64,000 bases of DNA from contig NC_047025.1 in NCBI RefSeq assembly GCF_902652985.1, forward strand, positions 36,332,001 to 36,396,000, written 5' to 3'. Position 1 is the stretch's first letter; each line of letters opens with the position of its first letter. The translations under genes and the position numbers were made by a program. The notes under the pieces were generated by a model. It was given only the letters and a program-made list of their open reading frames with translations, made no database searches and had not been told where the DNA came from. Positions 39,391 to 51,940 of this stretch are shown piece after piece. Source of the DNA: Pecten maximus. Lineage: Eukaryota.

Positions 39391-42300
39391 TCTGTCATAG
39401 TACTACTGGGTTTGTAAGGAACCAGTAGTAAGAGCAGAGCTATGAGTCCACCTGTTATATAAATAGTAATCACAGTCGTTTCACTAGGAAGGTAGCACTG
39501 CTCTACAGCAAAGTCATTTGGGGACAGCACCACCTGCAAGTATGCAACGTTCATAAATGAAATGTACAGCATACACTATATACAATGCAGATAATATTTT
39601 ATACATCAAACAGTGTTCATGAGATTATGAGCCTTATTTCAAGGGGATAAAACTGCTAATAAAAAGTACCATAGGAAAAGTTTTCTGTTTTAGCTGGGTT
39701 TTTTTAAACTTTCTCCCCAATATATATATAGACTCCGCTACAAAATGATTTTCTTTCTATTATAGAGATAATTTACCTAATATTGTATTTATCTTCCATG
39801 AAAGAGACAAGATGTATACAAATTAATCTTTTTACTTTTATTGATTTATCATTGTTCGACAAGCAACTAAGTCCATTAAGGGCAATCCCTTACAGCAACA
39901 TTAATTCCTTTTTTTATATTTCCCTTTTTTGTTGACATTTAGGTGATACTTTTTACCTTAGGGTATGGCATTTACACTGCCGGGTTTGTCCAGTGAAATA
40001 ATAAGGGCACTTATGCAGATTTCCACATAATCATTGTTTGTGAACTTTTTATGGTATGGTCAAGTAAAGTTTATAAATCAAGAAATATACACAAGAAATA
40101 TACACAAGAAATATACACAAAATGAATACTTAGAGTTCTACACTTTTAATTAAACCTCAGTGAGCCTTGTCCTAATGCCATTTTTGGAATAATGAATAAC
40201 GTAGTGGAATAGAATTATAACAAACCTGTAAGAATGTAGGATTGTTTTTGTTGCGCCAACTAAAGGAAGCCACCGTCCATTCTGGAACAGAATTTTCATG
40301 GAGGCGATAACAACCGTGGTGGGTATGAGCACTCAGGATAAGGCGAGGTTTGATCCACTCAAACACCTGTAGTAAACAATCAAAACTTGTTATACTTATA
40401 GTACAGGTGTACATATGTAATATATTTCTCATGTCTAGAAATTGATCCTGAATGAATGATGAATTTTTGACAGAATTATTTTACATGGTTATCTAATTTA
40501 CACTCACTATCAATTCATTAAGAGGTAGTGTTAACAGTGAAGTTATATACACTAGAATTACATATGTTAATCGATGGACGAAATGGCACCGAAACACTGC
40601 AGCTTAAATGATAGGGACAAACTGTTTATAGTCAAACATTCAACATTAACCTTTCACACCTTGCAGTGACCTTTGAACTGTGTCTACTAGTCCGGTATCT
40701 ATGCTATATATTCTCCATATACCCTGCCAAACCCCACTCCCCTTGATAAAACGTTTGTGGTACTGAAATGTTCAAGTACCACACAGAATACAAGAGATCC
40801 CAGAGGGATCTTGGCGCCCACCATTGAATGATCTTCATAGGTTCCATGTCAGATTGATCTTTTCTCTACTTTTCCCTTCATTTTACTAATCTGTGCAAAT
40901 TGAGACATCCCTCCAGTACTTTTCAAACAAGGGAATCCTAGCTATGTAAGAAAGTTGAGATTTAACGATAATGGCTGTTTGTTTGCCAAATTGTTTTCAG
41001 GAAAGACTGGTCCAAAAATGCAATACAAGGAACCAAGGGGAACCTACTTATGAAATTTGAGAAAGATCCATTCAGTACTTTGAGAAATAGAGATAACAAA
41101 CTTCAATTGTCAAAATCCAAGATGGCGGTCTGTCGGCTATGTTGTTTTCCGATTGGTCTCAAAATGCAATATGCATAACTAGGCACCAAGGGAAACCTTC
41201 ATATGAAATTTAAGAAAGATCCCTTCAGCACTTTCTCAGAAATAGCGATAACAAACTTCAATTGTCAAAATCCAAGATGGCTGCCTGTCGGCCATGTTGT
41301 TTTCCGATTGATCTCAAAACGCAATATGCATAACTAGGCACCAAGGGGGCCTACATATGAAATTTGAGAAAGATCCCGTCAGTACTTTCTCAGAAATAGC
41401 GATAACAAACTTCAATTGTCAAAATCCAAGATGGCTGCCTGTCGGCCATGTTGTTTTCCGATTGGTCTCAAAACGCAATATGCATAACTAGGCACCAAGG
41501 GAAACCTACATATGAAATTTGAGAAAGATCCCTTCAGTACTTTCTCAGAAATAGCGATAACAAACTTCAATTATCAAAATCCAAGATGACTGCCTGTCGG
41601 TCATGTTGTTTTCCGATTGGTCTCAAAAGGCAATATGCATAACTAGGCACCAAGGGGAACCTACATATGAAATTTGAGAATGATCCCTTCAGGACTTTCT
41701 CAGAAATAGCGATAACAAACTTCAATTGTCAAAATCCAAGATGGCTGACTGTCGGCCATGTTGCTTTCCGATTGGTCTCAAAACACTATATGCATAACTA
41801 GGCACCTAAGGGGAACCTACATATGAAATTTAAGAAAGATCCCTTCAGCACTTTCTCAGAAATAGCGATAACAAACTTCAATTGTCAAAATCCAAGATGG
41901 CTGCCTGTCGGCCATGTTGTTTTCCGATTAGTCTCAAAACGCAATATGCATAACTAGGCACCAAGGGGAACCTACATATGAAATTTGAGAAAGATCCCTT
42001 CAGTACATTCTCAGAAATAGCGATAACAAACTTCAATTGTCAAAATCCAAGATGGCTGCCTGTCGGCCATGTTGTTTTCCGATTGGTCTCAAATCGCAAT
42101 ATGCATAACTAGGCACCAAGGGAAACCTTCATATGAAATTTGATAATGATCCCTTCAGCACTTTCTCAGAAATAGCGATAACAAACTTCCATTGTCAAAA
42201 TCCAAGATGGCTGCCTGTCGGCCATGTTGTTATCCGATTGGTCTCAAAATGCAATATGCATAACTAGACACCAAGGGGAACCTTCATATGAAATTTGAGA

Positions 42301-45300
42301 AAGATCCCTTGAGTACTTTCTCAGAAATAGCGATAACAAATTCAACTGTCAAAATCCAAGATGGCTGCCTGTCGGCCATATTGTTTTCCGATTAGTCTCA
42401 AATCGCAATATGCATAACTAGGCACCAAGGGAAACCTACATATGAAATTTGAGAAAGATACCTTCAGTACTTTCTCAGAAATAGCGATAACAAACTTCAA
42501 TTGTCAAAATCCAAGATGGCTGCCTGTCGGCCATGTTGTTATCCGATTGGTCTCAAAATGCAATATGCATAACTAGGCACCAAGGGGAACCTTCATATGA
42601 AATTTGAGAAAGATCCCTCCAGTACTTTCTCAGAAATAGCGATAACAAACTTCAACAGTCAAAATCCAAGATGGCTGCCTGTCGGCCATGTTGTTTTTCG
42701 ATTGGTCTCAAAACGCAATATGCATAACTAGGGACCAAGGGGAACCTACATATGAAATTTGAGAAAGATCCCTTCAGTACTTTCTGAGAAATAGTGATAA
42801 CAAGAATTGTTTACGGACGGAGGGACGGACGGACGGACGGACGACGGACCACGGACGCAGGGCGATTTGAATAGCCCACCATCTGATGATGGTGGGCTAA
42901 AAATACACTGAATTTGTAGTAGTAAATCTCAGAGAATCTACACTACCAAACCCTTAGTACAAATATAGTTTAGTGTAAGGCTACTAAGAACACTGTACCT
43001 GATTACGGGAATTTACCCTACAAAACTCTTAGTACAAAATTAATATAGTTTAGTGTAAGGCTACTAAGAACATTGTACCTGATTACGGGAATCTACCCTA
43101 CAAAACTCTTAGTACAAATATAGTTTAGTGTGAGACTACTAAGAACATTGTACCTGATTACGGGAATCTACCCTACAAAACTCTTAGTACAAATATAGTT
43201 TAGTGTGAGGCTACTAAGAACATTGTACCTGACTACAGGAATCTACCCTACGAAACTCTTAGTACAAATATAGTTTAGTGTAAGGCTACTAACTAAGAAC
43301 ACTGTACCTGATTACTTGACTCTTCTGATAGGCAGTCCCACTTCTCCTTAAAGGGAATATCCTTCTCATCAGCTGGTGCAGAGTCTGGCACACTACAATT
43401 GGCATCAGAAGGCCGGTACATAGGAAAATGCTGACAATAGACAGAAAATATACATAAAAAAAATTGCAATGTTTTACATCTACAAACCCTTTCATTAAGT
43501 TATTGATGGGACATGTACAATATTCTGGTGTAGTTTCCCAAGTTATTAATGGGACATGTACAATATTCTGGTGTAGTTTCCCAAGTTATTAATGGGACAT
43601 GTACAATATCCTGGTGTAGTTTCCCAAGTTATTGATGGGACATGTACAATATCCGGTGTAGTTTCCCAAGTTATTGATGGGACATGTACAATATCCGGTG
43701 TAGTTTCCCAAGTTATTAATGGGACATGTACAATATCCGGTGTAGTTTCCCAAGTTATTGATGGAACATGTACAATATTCTGGTGTAGTTTCCCAAGTTA
43801 TTAATGGGACATGTACAATATTCTGGTGTAGTTTCCCAAGTTATTAATGGGACATGTACAATATTCTGGTGTAGTTTCCCAAGTTATTAATGGGACATGT
43901 ACAACATCCGGTGTAGTTTCCCAAGTTATTGATGGGACATGTACAATATCCGGTGTAGTTTCCCAAGTTATTAATGGGACATGTACAATATCCGGTGTAG
44001 TTTCCCAAGTTATTAATGGGACATGTACAATATCCTGGTGTAGTTTCCCAAGTTATTAATGGGACATGTACAATATTCTGGTGTAGTTTCCCAAGTTATT
44101 GATGGGACATGTACAATATCCGGTGTAGTTTCCCAAGTTATTAATGGGACATGTACGATATTCTGGTGTAGTTTCCCAAGTTATTGACGGGACATGTACG
44201 ATATTCTGGTGTAGTTTCCCAAGTTATTGACGGGACATGTACGATATTCTGGTGTAGTTTCCTAAAGTGTCATATCAGTTAACCAGGTCTTAATCATCAG
44301 ACATTAACAGTTTATGGAAGGTTTTCATTTTACGAAAGTCTTTGTACATGACATTTTTATTTTGAAATTTATTCATGAAGTTAAATCAATCGGATTGAGC
44401 AACAGGTTAGACTTCTGCTTAAAGAAATATCTATCTTATTATACAAACATATTTTCTGACAAAACTAATTCTGGTACCAATTATGAAAATCACAAAATGT
44501 CCACAGACACTGGGTGTTTTGGAAGTTGCTTATCTGTAGTAATATTGGAGGGGAGTGGGAATGTCGATAGACACTGGGTGTTTTGGGAGTTATTTACCTG
44601 TAGTAATATTTGAGGGGAGTGGGAATGTCTATAGACACTGGGTGTTTTGGGAGTTACTTACCTGTAGTAATATTGGAGGGGAGTGGGAATGTTGATAGAC
44701 ACTGGGGGTTACTTACCTGTAGTAATATTGGAATGGAGTGGGAATGTCCACAGACACTGGGTGTTTTGGAAGTTGCTTATCTGTAGTAATATTGGAGGGG
44801 AGTGGGAATGTCTATAGACACTGGGTGTTTTGGGAGTTACTTACCTGTAGTAATATTGGAGGGGAGTGGGAATGTCTATAGACACTGGGTGTTTTGGAAG
44901 TTGCTTATCTGTAGTAATATTGGAGGGGAGTGGGAATGTCTATAGACACCAGGAGTTACTTACCTGTAGTAATATTGGAGGAGAGTGGGAATGTCCATAG
45001 ACACTGGGTGTTTTGGGTGTTACTTACCTGTAGTAATATTGGAGGAGAGTGGGAATGTCCATAGACACTGGGTGTTTTGGGAGTTACTTACCTGTAGTAA
45101 TATTGGAGGGGAGTGGGAATGTCGATAGACACTGGGTGTTTTGGGAGTTACTTACCTGTAGTAATATTGGAGGGGAGTGGGAATGTCTATAGACACTGGG
45201 TGTTTTGGGAGTTACTTACCTGTAGTAATATTGGAGGGGAGTGGGAATGTCGATAGACACTGGGTGTTTTGGGAGTTACTTACCTGTAGTAATATTGGAG

Positions 45301-48300
45301 GGGAGTGGGAATGTCCACAGACACTGGGTGTTTTGGAAGTTGCTTATCTGTAGTAATATTGGAGGAGAGTGGGAATGTCCACAGACACTGGGTGTTTTGG
45401 AAGTTGCTTACCTATAGTAATATTGGAGGGGAGTGGGAATGTCTATAGACACCAGGTGTTACTTACCTGTAGTAATATTGGAGGGGAGTGGGAATGTCCA
45501 CAGACACTGGGTGTTTTGGAAGTTGCTTATCTGTAGTAATATTGGAGGAGAGTGGGAATGTCCACAGACACTGGGTGTTTTGGGAGTTACTTACCTGTAG
45601 TAATATTGGATGGGAGTGGGAATGTCTATAGACACTGGGTGTTTAGGGAGTTACTTACCTGTAGTAATATTGGAGGGGAGTGGGAGTGTTGATAGACACT
45701 GGGTGTTACTTACCTGTAGTAATATTGGAGGGGAGTGGGAATGTTGATAGACACTGGGTGTTACTTACCTGTAGTAATATTGGAGGGGAGTGGGAATGTT
45801 GATAGACACTGGGTGTTTTGGGAGTTACTTACCTGTAGTAATATTGGAGGGGAGTGGGAATGTCTATAGACACTGGGTGTTTAGGGAGTTACTTACCTGT
45901 AGTAATATTGGAGGAGAGTGGGAATGTCGATAGACACGGGGTGTTTTGGGAGTTCTTACCGGTAGTAATATTGGAGGAGAGTGGGAATGTCGATAGACAC
46001 GGGGTGTTTTGGGAGTTACTTACCTGTAGTAATATTGGAGGGGAGTGGGAATGTCTATAGACACTGGGTGTTTTGGGAGTTACTTACCTGTAGTAATATT
46101 GGAGGAGAGTGGGAATGTCCACAGACACTGGGTGTTTTGGGAGTTACTTACCTGTAGTAATATTGGAGGGGAGTGGGAATGTCTATAGACACTGGGTGTT
46201 TAGGGAGTTACTTACCTGTAGTAATATTGGAGGAGAGTGGGAATGTCGATAGACACGGGGTGTTTTGGGAGTTACTAACCTGTAGTAATATTGGAGGAGA
46301 GTGGGAATTTCGATAGACACGGGGTGTTTTGGGAGTTACTTACCTGTAGTAATATTGGAGGGGAGTAGGACAATTTATCCATGGCATCACATATCGGAGG
46401 TGAACTTTTTCTGGAGCTGATTCCCTGAGGGAAAGAAAAAAAACCTAAAATGAATGTATTGAATTATTACCTGTACCCACGCATGTGCAAAAATGTCAGG
46501 GAGGAATATTATACATATATTGTCCCTGCATTGGGGAGACATAAATATTTGTTTACCCTTCACATGTTATGTAACTCTTGCGCGAATCTCCTATAGCAAG
46601 GGGAATTCAATACATATCATTAAAACAAGAGGCCCAATGGGCCTTAACGGTCATCTGACTACCTTGAGTACATCATACTACTATAGCAAGTTATTAAAGG
46701 GGCATGTCTTGGTTCGAGATCAGAAAGATGCAACAAGAGGCCAAATGGCCTTGAATGAAGGCCAAGGTCATTAATTTGAACAAACTTAGTAGCCCTTCAC
46801 CCCAACATGCTACAGGCCTAATATCAACTCCCTAGCACTCTTGGTTATTGAGAAGAAGTCATTTGAAGAGTTTAGCCTATCTGACCCCTGTGACCTTGAA
46901 AGTGGATCAAGGTCATCCATTTTAACAAACGTTAGATCTCATGTGGCCAATAATGCTTCAGACCAAATTTCATTAAAATCCATTCAGTACTAGTAGGGAT
47001 TTAAATGATTTGTCTCTAAATCATCTATTGGTCCCCAGCCCCTCCAGCCCCAAGGGAGCCATACCTTCTTTTATACAACATTAGATCTCCTTTGCAAAAT
47101 AATGCTCCACACCAAATTTGATCAAAATCTATTCAGGCATTCAGGACTAGTAGGGGTTTAAAAGATTTACCTCAATTTCTCCTATTGGGCCCCACACCTC
47201 TGGCCCCCAGGGGAGCCACATCCTCAGTTTATACAACATTAGAACTCATTTGCCCAATAATGCTCAAGACCAATTTTCGTCAAAATCCATTCATGTGTTC
47301 AGGACTAGTAGGGATTTAAAGGATTTGCCTCAATTTCCCCTATTGGGCCCTGCCTCTCCGGCCCCAGTGGAGCCATACCCTCCATTTATACAGCATTACA
47401 TCTATTTTGCCCATTAACGCTCCAGATGAAATTTCAGTTAAATCCATTAAGGCCTAGTAGCGAGTGATAGGAAATGTTGATGGATGACTGACACCACACC
47501 GTGGTATAATCTGTTTGTTGAATATCATATCAATGAGTATAATCTATCTGTTAAATATTATATCATTTATCTACATGTGAAATAAGAATCTGTAAACAAA
47601 CAAATGGGTTCAGTAATCGAAAGTAAAGGGTTGTAATTGATGATATAACTCGATATATTTTGGAAATGATCATCTGCTAATTGTTGTCCTATCTCCAGCA
47701 TAACAGATTTTGATCAAACATTACAAAACGGTGAAGTATGAAGACTTACTACCTCAAACAATTTCTGTGGTGTAGATTAAGGTCAAATTTAAGAGATTTT
47801 TGAAGACCAATGCTTTATGACCTGGCTGTGATACACATTGCCTCCCCTGTTATATACACTTTGGTTACAGGCACTATTCACCTCTGAACACTTTAGCTGC
47901 CAGGATAGTTCTTCCAGAGAATTGACTGCTTCAGCACACAACTTACACCCATCACCCTCCATTGCCATGCTGTTCATCAACACAAAAAGGTTTCCTTGAA
48001 AGTCAAACAGCTGGACTGAAGGCGAAGAGAATGCTTTCTCAAAGCGTCTGTGTTTATGTTCATTCATCCTGTTAATTAAATGATAAACATGTTTATGTTT
48101 GAAACTGGTTCCCTCCCTTAGTTCTCTCCTCTCCACCAGGGCTGCGCTCCCCTGACAATGGACCAGTAGAGGGTATCCATATTGACTTTTTTCATTGGCT
48201 AATTTTGATATCCTGTGATGCATGTATAGCTAATTTAACAATGTTAACACTAATACACACAAACAGATGGATTTCAGTGTCAGGAGTAATTATATACCCT

Positions 48301-50342
48301 TAGACATTAAACAAACCAAGAAGATCTTAAGTTTCGCTCTTTAAAATGACATCAGACAAACAGTGTTAAGTGTGTTTAATTGAATGATCCTTTTGACACA
48401 TGTTGCTTCAGTGGAGGTAACCATCTCCATGATGACATGACATGTGCAATAAAGATGTAAGGGAGGTAACTGAGGAGGTCACCAGTCTGGTTTATGCTTT
48501 ATCTTTATAGCAGCCATACATCTGTAACTCAGCTAATGTTCAATTATACTCTTCATATTAGAGCTAATGATACTTCTAAAACAATATCTGTTGATAGAAG
48601 GGGTTCCAAGTAGCATTATTTAATGGGATATAGTCTAGATTCTACTCATTAAGTCCTATCACATTTTTCATGACCAAATCAGTAATTTCCGCAAATGAAG
48701 ATTTGGCATTGTGGATTGTCTGAATGGTGAGACAGAACATTGACATGTTTGTACTATACTTACGTGTAGTGAAATCCAATGTCATGATTTCCTACAAGAA
48801 TCCTAGTAGCTGTGTCTTTTGGTGTTGAAAACATTCTCTTAAATCTGGCAACATCTTTTCTGAACTCAGCATCGGTGGCCCACTTACCCTCATCTAGTAA
48901 ATCACCTGTAAAGTGATACGGTCATCTAGTAAATCACCTGTAAAGTGATACGGTCATCTAGTAAATCACCTGTAAAGTGATACCCTCATCTAGTAAATCA
49001 CCTGTAAAGTGATACTGTCATCTAGTAAATCACCTGTAAAGTGATACGGTCATCTAGTAAATCACCTGTAAAGTGATACCGTCATCTAGTAAATCACCTG
49101 TAAAGTGATACTGTCATCTAGTAAATCACCTGTAAAGTGATACGGTCATCTAGTAAATCACCTGTAAAGTGATACCGTCATCTAGTAAATCACCTGTAAA
49201 GTGATACCCTCATCTAGTAAATCACCTGTAAAGTGATACCCTCATCTAGTAAATCACCTGTAAAGTGAAACCGTCATCTAGTAAATCACCTGTAAAGTGA
49301 TACCCTAATCTTAATCTAGTAAATCACCTGTAAAGTGATACTGTCATCTAGTAAATCACCTGTAAAGTGATAACGTCATCAAGTAAATCACCTGTAAAGT
49401 GATACCCTCATCTAGTAAATCACATGTAAAGTGATATGGTCATCTAGTAAATCACCTGTAAAGTGATACTGTCATCTAGTAAATCACCTGTAAAGTGATA
49501 TGGTCATCTAGTAAATCACATGTAAAGTGATATCGTCATCTAGTAAATCACCTGTAAAGTGATACCGTCATCTAGTAAATCTCATGTAAAGTGATATGGT
49601 CATCTAGTAAATCACCAGTAAAGTGATACCGTCATCTAGTAAATCACCTGTAAAGTGATACCGTCATCTAGTAAATCACCTGTAAAGTGATATGGTCATC
49701 TAGTAAATCACCTGTAAAGTGATACGGTCATCTAGTAAATCACCTGTAAAGTGATAACGTCATCTAGTAAATCACCTGTAAAGTGATACCGTCATCTAGT
49801 AAATCACCTGTAAAGTGATAACGTCATCTAGTAAATCACCTGTAAAGTGATACCGTCATCTAGTAAATCACCTGTAAAGTGATACCCTCATCTAGTAAAT
49901 CACCTGTAAAGTGAACATCTCATTTGGGTGGATGCAAATCACTAAGATTTGTATACTATATAGTAGACAAGTGAAATTATGTAAGCTACCAGTTTACTAT
50001 TTCATAAACTATTAGTAGACCAGTGAAATTCTTCAAGCTACCAGTTTGAAAAGTTACCGAGAATAAACACCACATCTGGACTGTGTATCAGCATACTTGT
50101 CTGGAAGGATCTCTCCATCTGCCATTCTCTGTAAAATACATATATTTGTTGTTTTGTGGAGTTTTGCAACACTGAATGATGGCCAGGTTGGGCCACACGT
50201 TAACTAAAGCCATATAACATCATTGCTCATTGATGGTAAAGTTATATAACGTCATTGGCCAAAACATGCTCCCCACCAAATTTCATCAAAATCCATTTAG
50301 TTGTTCAGGACTAGTAGGGATTTACATAAATTCCCTTTATTG

Positions 50343-50373
<31 letters not shown>

Positions 50374-50867
50374 TTGGTCCCTAGGACAAGGTGAGCTAAA
50401 ATAAATCATCAATAAATTCCTAATATCTCGAGCAGGTTTATCATTTTTAATCATTGACAGTAAACCTACACAATGGATGGTCAAGCAATGTCAGAACATG
50501 TGACTGCTGAAACAAAACAAATTTAACGATAATAATCATACCTGCGTCATTAATAATCATACCTGCGTAATTTATCAAACCAATGTCCAGTCCTGATTCC
50601 CAGTAGGTGAGTGTCTGCTATAACCATAGCCTTCACTGGCCTGTTGCCATCTCCATTTCCATAAATGAATCCATCGTTTTGTGATAACTTAGGCCATTTA
50701 CACATCAGTAAGACGAGGAAATAATGGAGGTACTCACAATAGAGAAACAGTAGAAGTACCATAAATAAAAACCTCACAACTCTCCTAGTCCTGATGTAGT
50801 AGAATACACGGCCGGGAATCTGACAGATTATCCATACCATCGTAATAAGTAGTACTCTCACCACCAT
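39363..50867 (-). CDS. MPPE1: metallophosphoesterase 1 (PGAP5, GPI-anchor remodelling), 406 aa, 8 coding exons
   Basis: Exons 50867-50563, 50128-50058, 48905-48764, 48068-47882, 46424-46344, 43430-43308, 40366-40226, 39533-39363 (1221 nt in frame). Motifs [69 protein letters not shown]; N- and C-terminal TM segments. Confidence 0.95.
40790..42902 (+). mobile_element. HINE-like element with 11-12 internal 155-bp monomers in MPPE1 intron 6
   Basis: Same termini, microsatellite and terminal hairpin as 2750-4550. Confidence 0.88.
42950..43315. repeat. about 75-bp tandem repeat (4-5 copies) containing the exon-6 donor of MPPE1
   Basis: TACCTGATTAC (minus GTAATCAG|GTA) at 42996, 43076, 43151, 43226 (variant) and the true donor at 43305. 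Confidence 0.9.
43497..44262. repeat. 42-43-bp minisatellite, about 18 copies
   Basis: unit GGGACATGTACAATATTCTGGTGTAGTTTCCCAAGTTATTAAT. Confidence 0.96.
44497..46366. repeat. 64-bp minisatellite (about 30 copies, some 55 bp) containing the exon-5 end and donor of MPPE1
   Basis: minus-strand unit ...CTCCCCTCCAATATTACTACAG|GTAAGTAACTCCCAAAACACCCAGTGTCTA... Confidence 0.96.
46623..47500 (+). mobile_element. second HINE-like family, degenerate copy
   Basis: 5' end AACAAGAGGCCCAATGGGCCTTAACGGTCATCTGAC matches the reverse complement of 56497-56531; diverged internal repeats. Confidence 0.65.
48886..49915. repeat. 32-bp minisatellite (about 32 copies) containing the exon-3 acceptor of MPPE1
   Basis: minus-strand unit GTATCACTTTACAG|GTGATTTACTAGATGA(GG/CG/CC); the last unit continues as GDLLDEGKW. 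Confidence 0.96.
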
Positions 50868-51142
50868 TGGCACTTTGTATCAGTGCTGTCATTCATCGCA
50901 ACACACAGCACAAACTCCTGTTCAAATGGAATGATAACAAGTAATGATAGAGAGATTTTAGGAGATGTGTATCTCATCAACAGAAGGCCATTATAATGGA
51001 ATGTCTCGACTACACTTACATTGATTTTAATAGTATAAAATATATATGTATCTGTTTGCATATGATTTTGAAGACATATATATTCAGCGTTTCAATTTCA
51101 TGACATGCTTCTGAAGGAATTTTCACTTTCTGTGTTAACCAC

Positions 51143-51940
51143 ATGTCAGCTATAAACTATTCCAGTTAGAAATGATCCTTCTAGCCCGACTTGTTTACCA
51201 CATGTCAGGTAAACTAGTCCAGTTAGACATGATCCTTCTAGCCCGACTTGTTTACCACATGTCAGGTAAACTATTCCAGTTAGACATGATCCTTCTAGCC
51301 CGACTTGTTTACCACATGTCAGGTAAACTAGTCCAGTTAGACATGATCCTTCTAGTCCGACTTGTTTACCACATGTCAGGTAAACTAGTCCAGTCAGAAA
51401 TGATCCTTCTAGTCCGACTTGTTTACCACATGTCAGGTAAACTAGTCCAGTCAGAAATGATCCTTCTAGTCCGACTTGTTTACCACATGTCAGGTAAACT
51501 AGTCCAGTTAGAAATGATCCTTCTAGCCCGACTTGTTTACCACATGTCAGGTATAAACTATTCCAGTTAGAAATGATCCTTCTAGCCCGACTTGTTTACC
51601 ACATGTCAGGTAAACTAGTCCAGTCAGAAATGATCCTTCTAGCCCGACTTGTTTACCACATGTCAGGTAAACTAGTCCAGTTAGAAATGATCCTTCTAGT
51701 CCGACTTGTTTACCACATGTCAGGTAAACTAGTCCAGTTAGACATGATCCTTCTAGCCCGACTTGTTTACCACATGTCAGGTAAACTAGTCCAGTTAGAA
51801 ATGATCCTTCTAGCCCGACTTGTTTACCACATGTCAGGTATAAACTATTCCAGTTAGAAATGATCCTTCTAGCCCGACTTGTTTACCACATGTCAGGTAA
51901 ACTAGTCCAGTTAGACATGATCCTTCTAGCCCGACTTGTT
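51143..51940. repeat. 57-bp minisatellite, about 14 copies, upstream of the MPPE1 start codon
   Basis: unit ATGATCCTTCTAGCCCGACTTGTTTACCACATGTCAGGTAAACTAGTCCAGTTAGAC. Confidence 0.96.

Noticed and set aside
42872-42898. CTGATGA as a hammerhead ribozyme core
   Set aside because: It lies in the loop and stem of the HINE terminal hairpin, lacks a correctly placed GAAA, and the other copy has the loop in reverse orientation
48886-49915. CRISPR-like appearance of the short-unit arrays
   Set aside because: No unique spacers, no cas genes, eukaryotic intronic context
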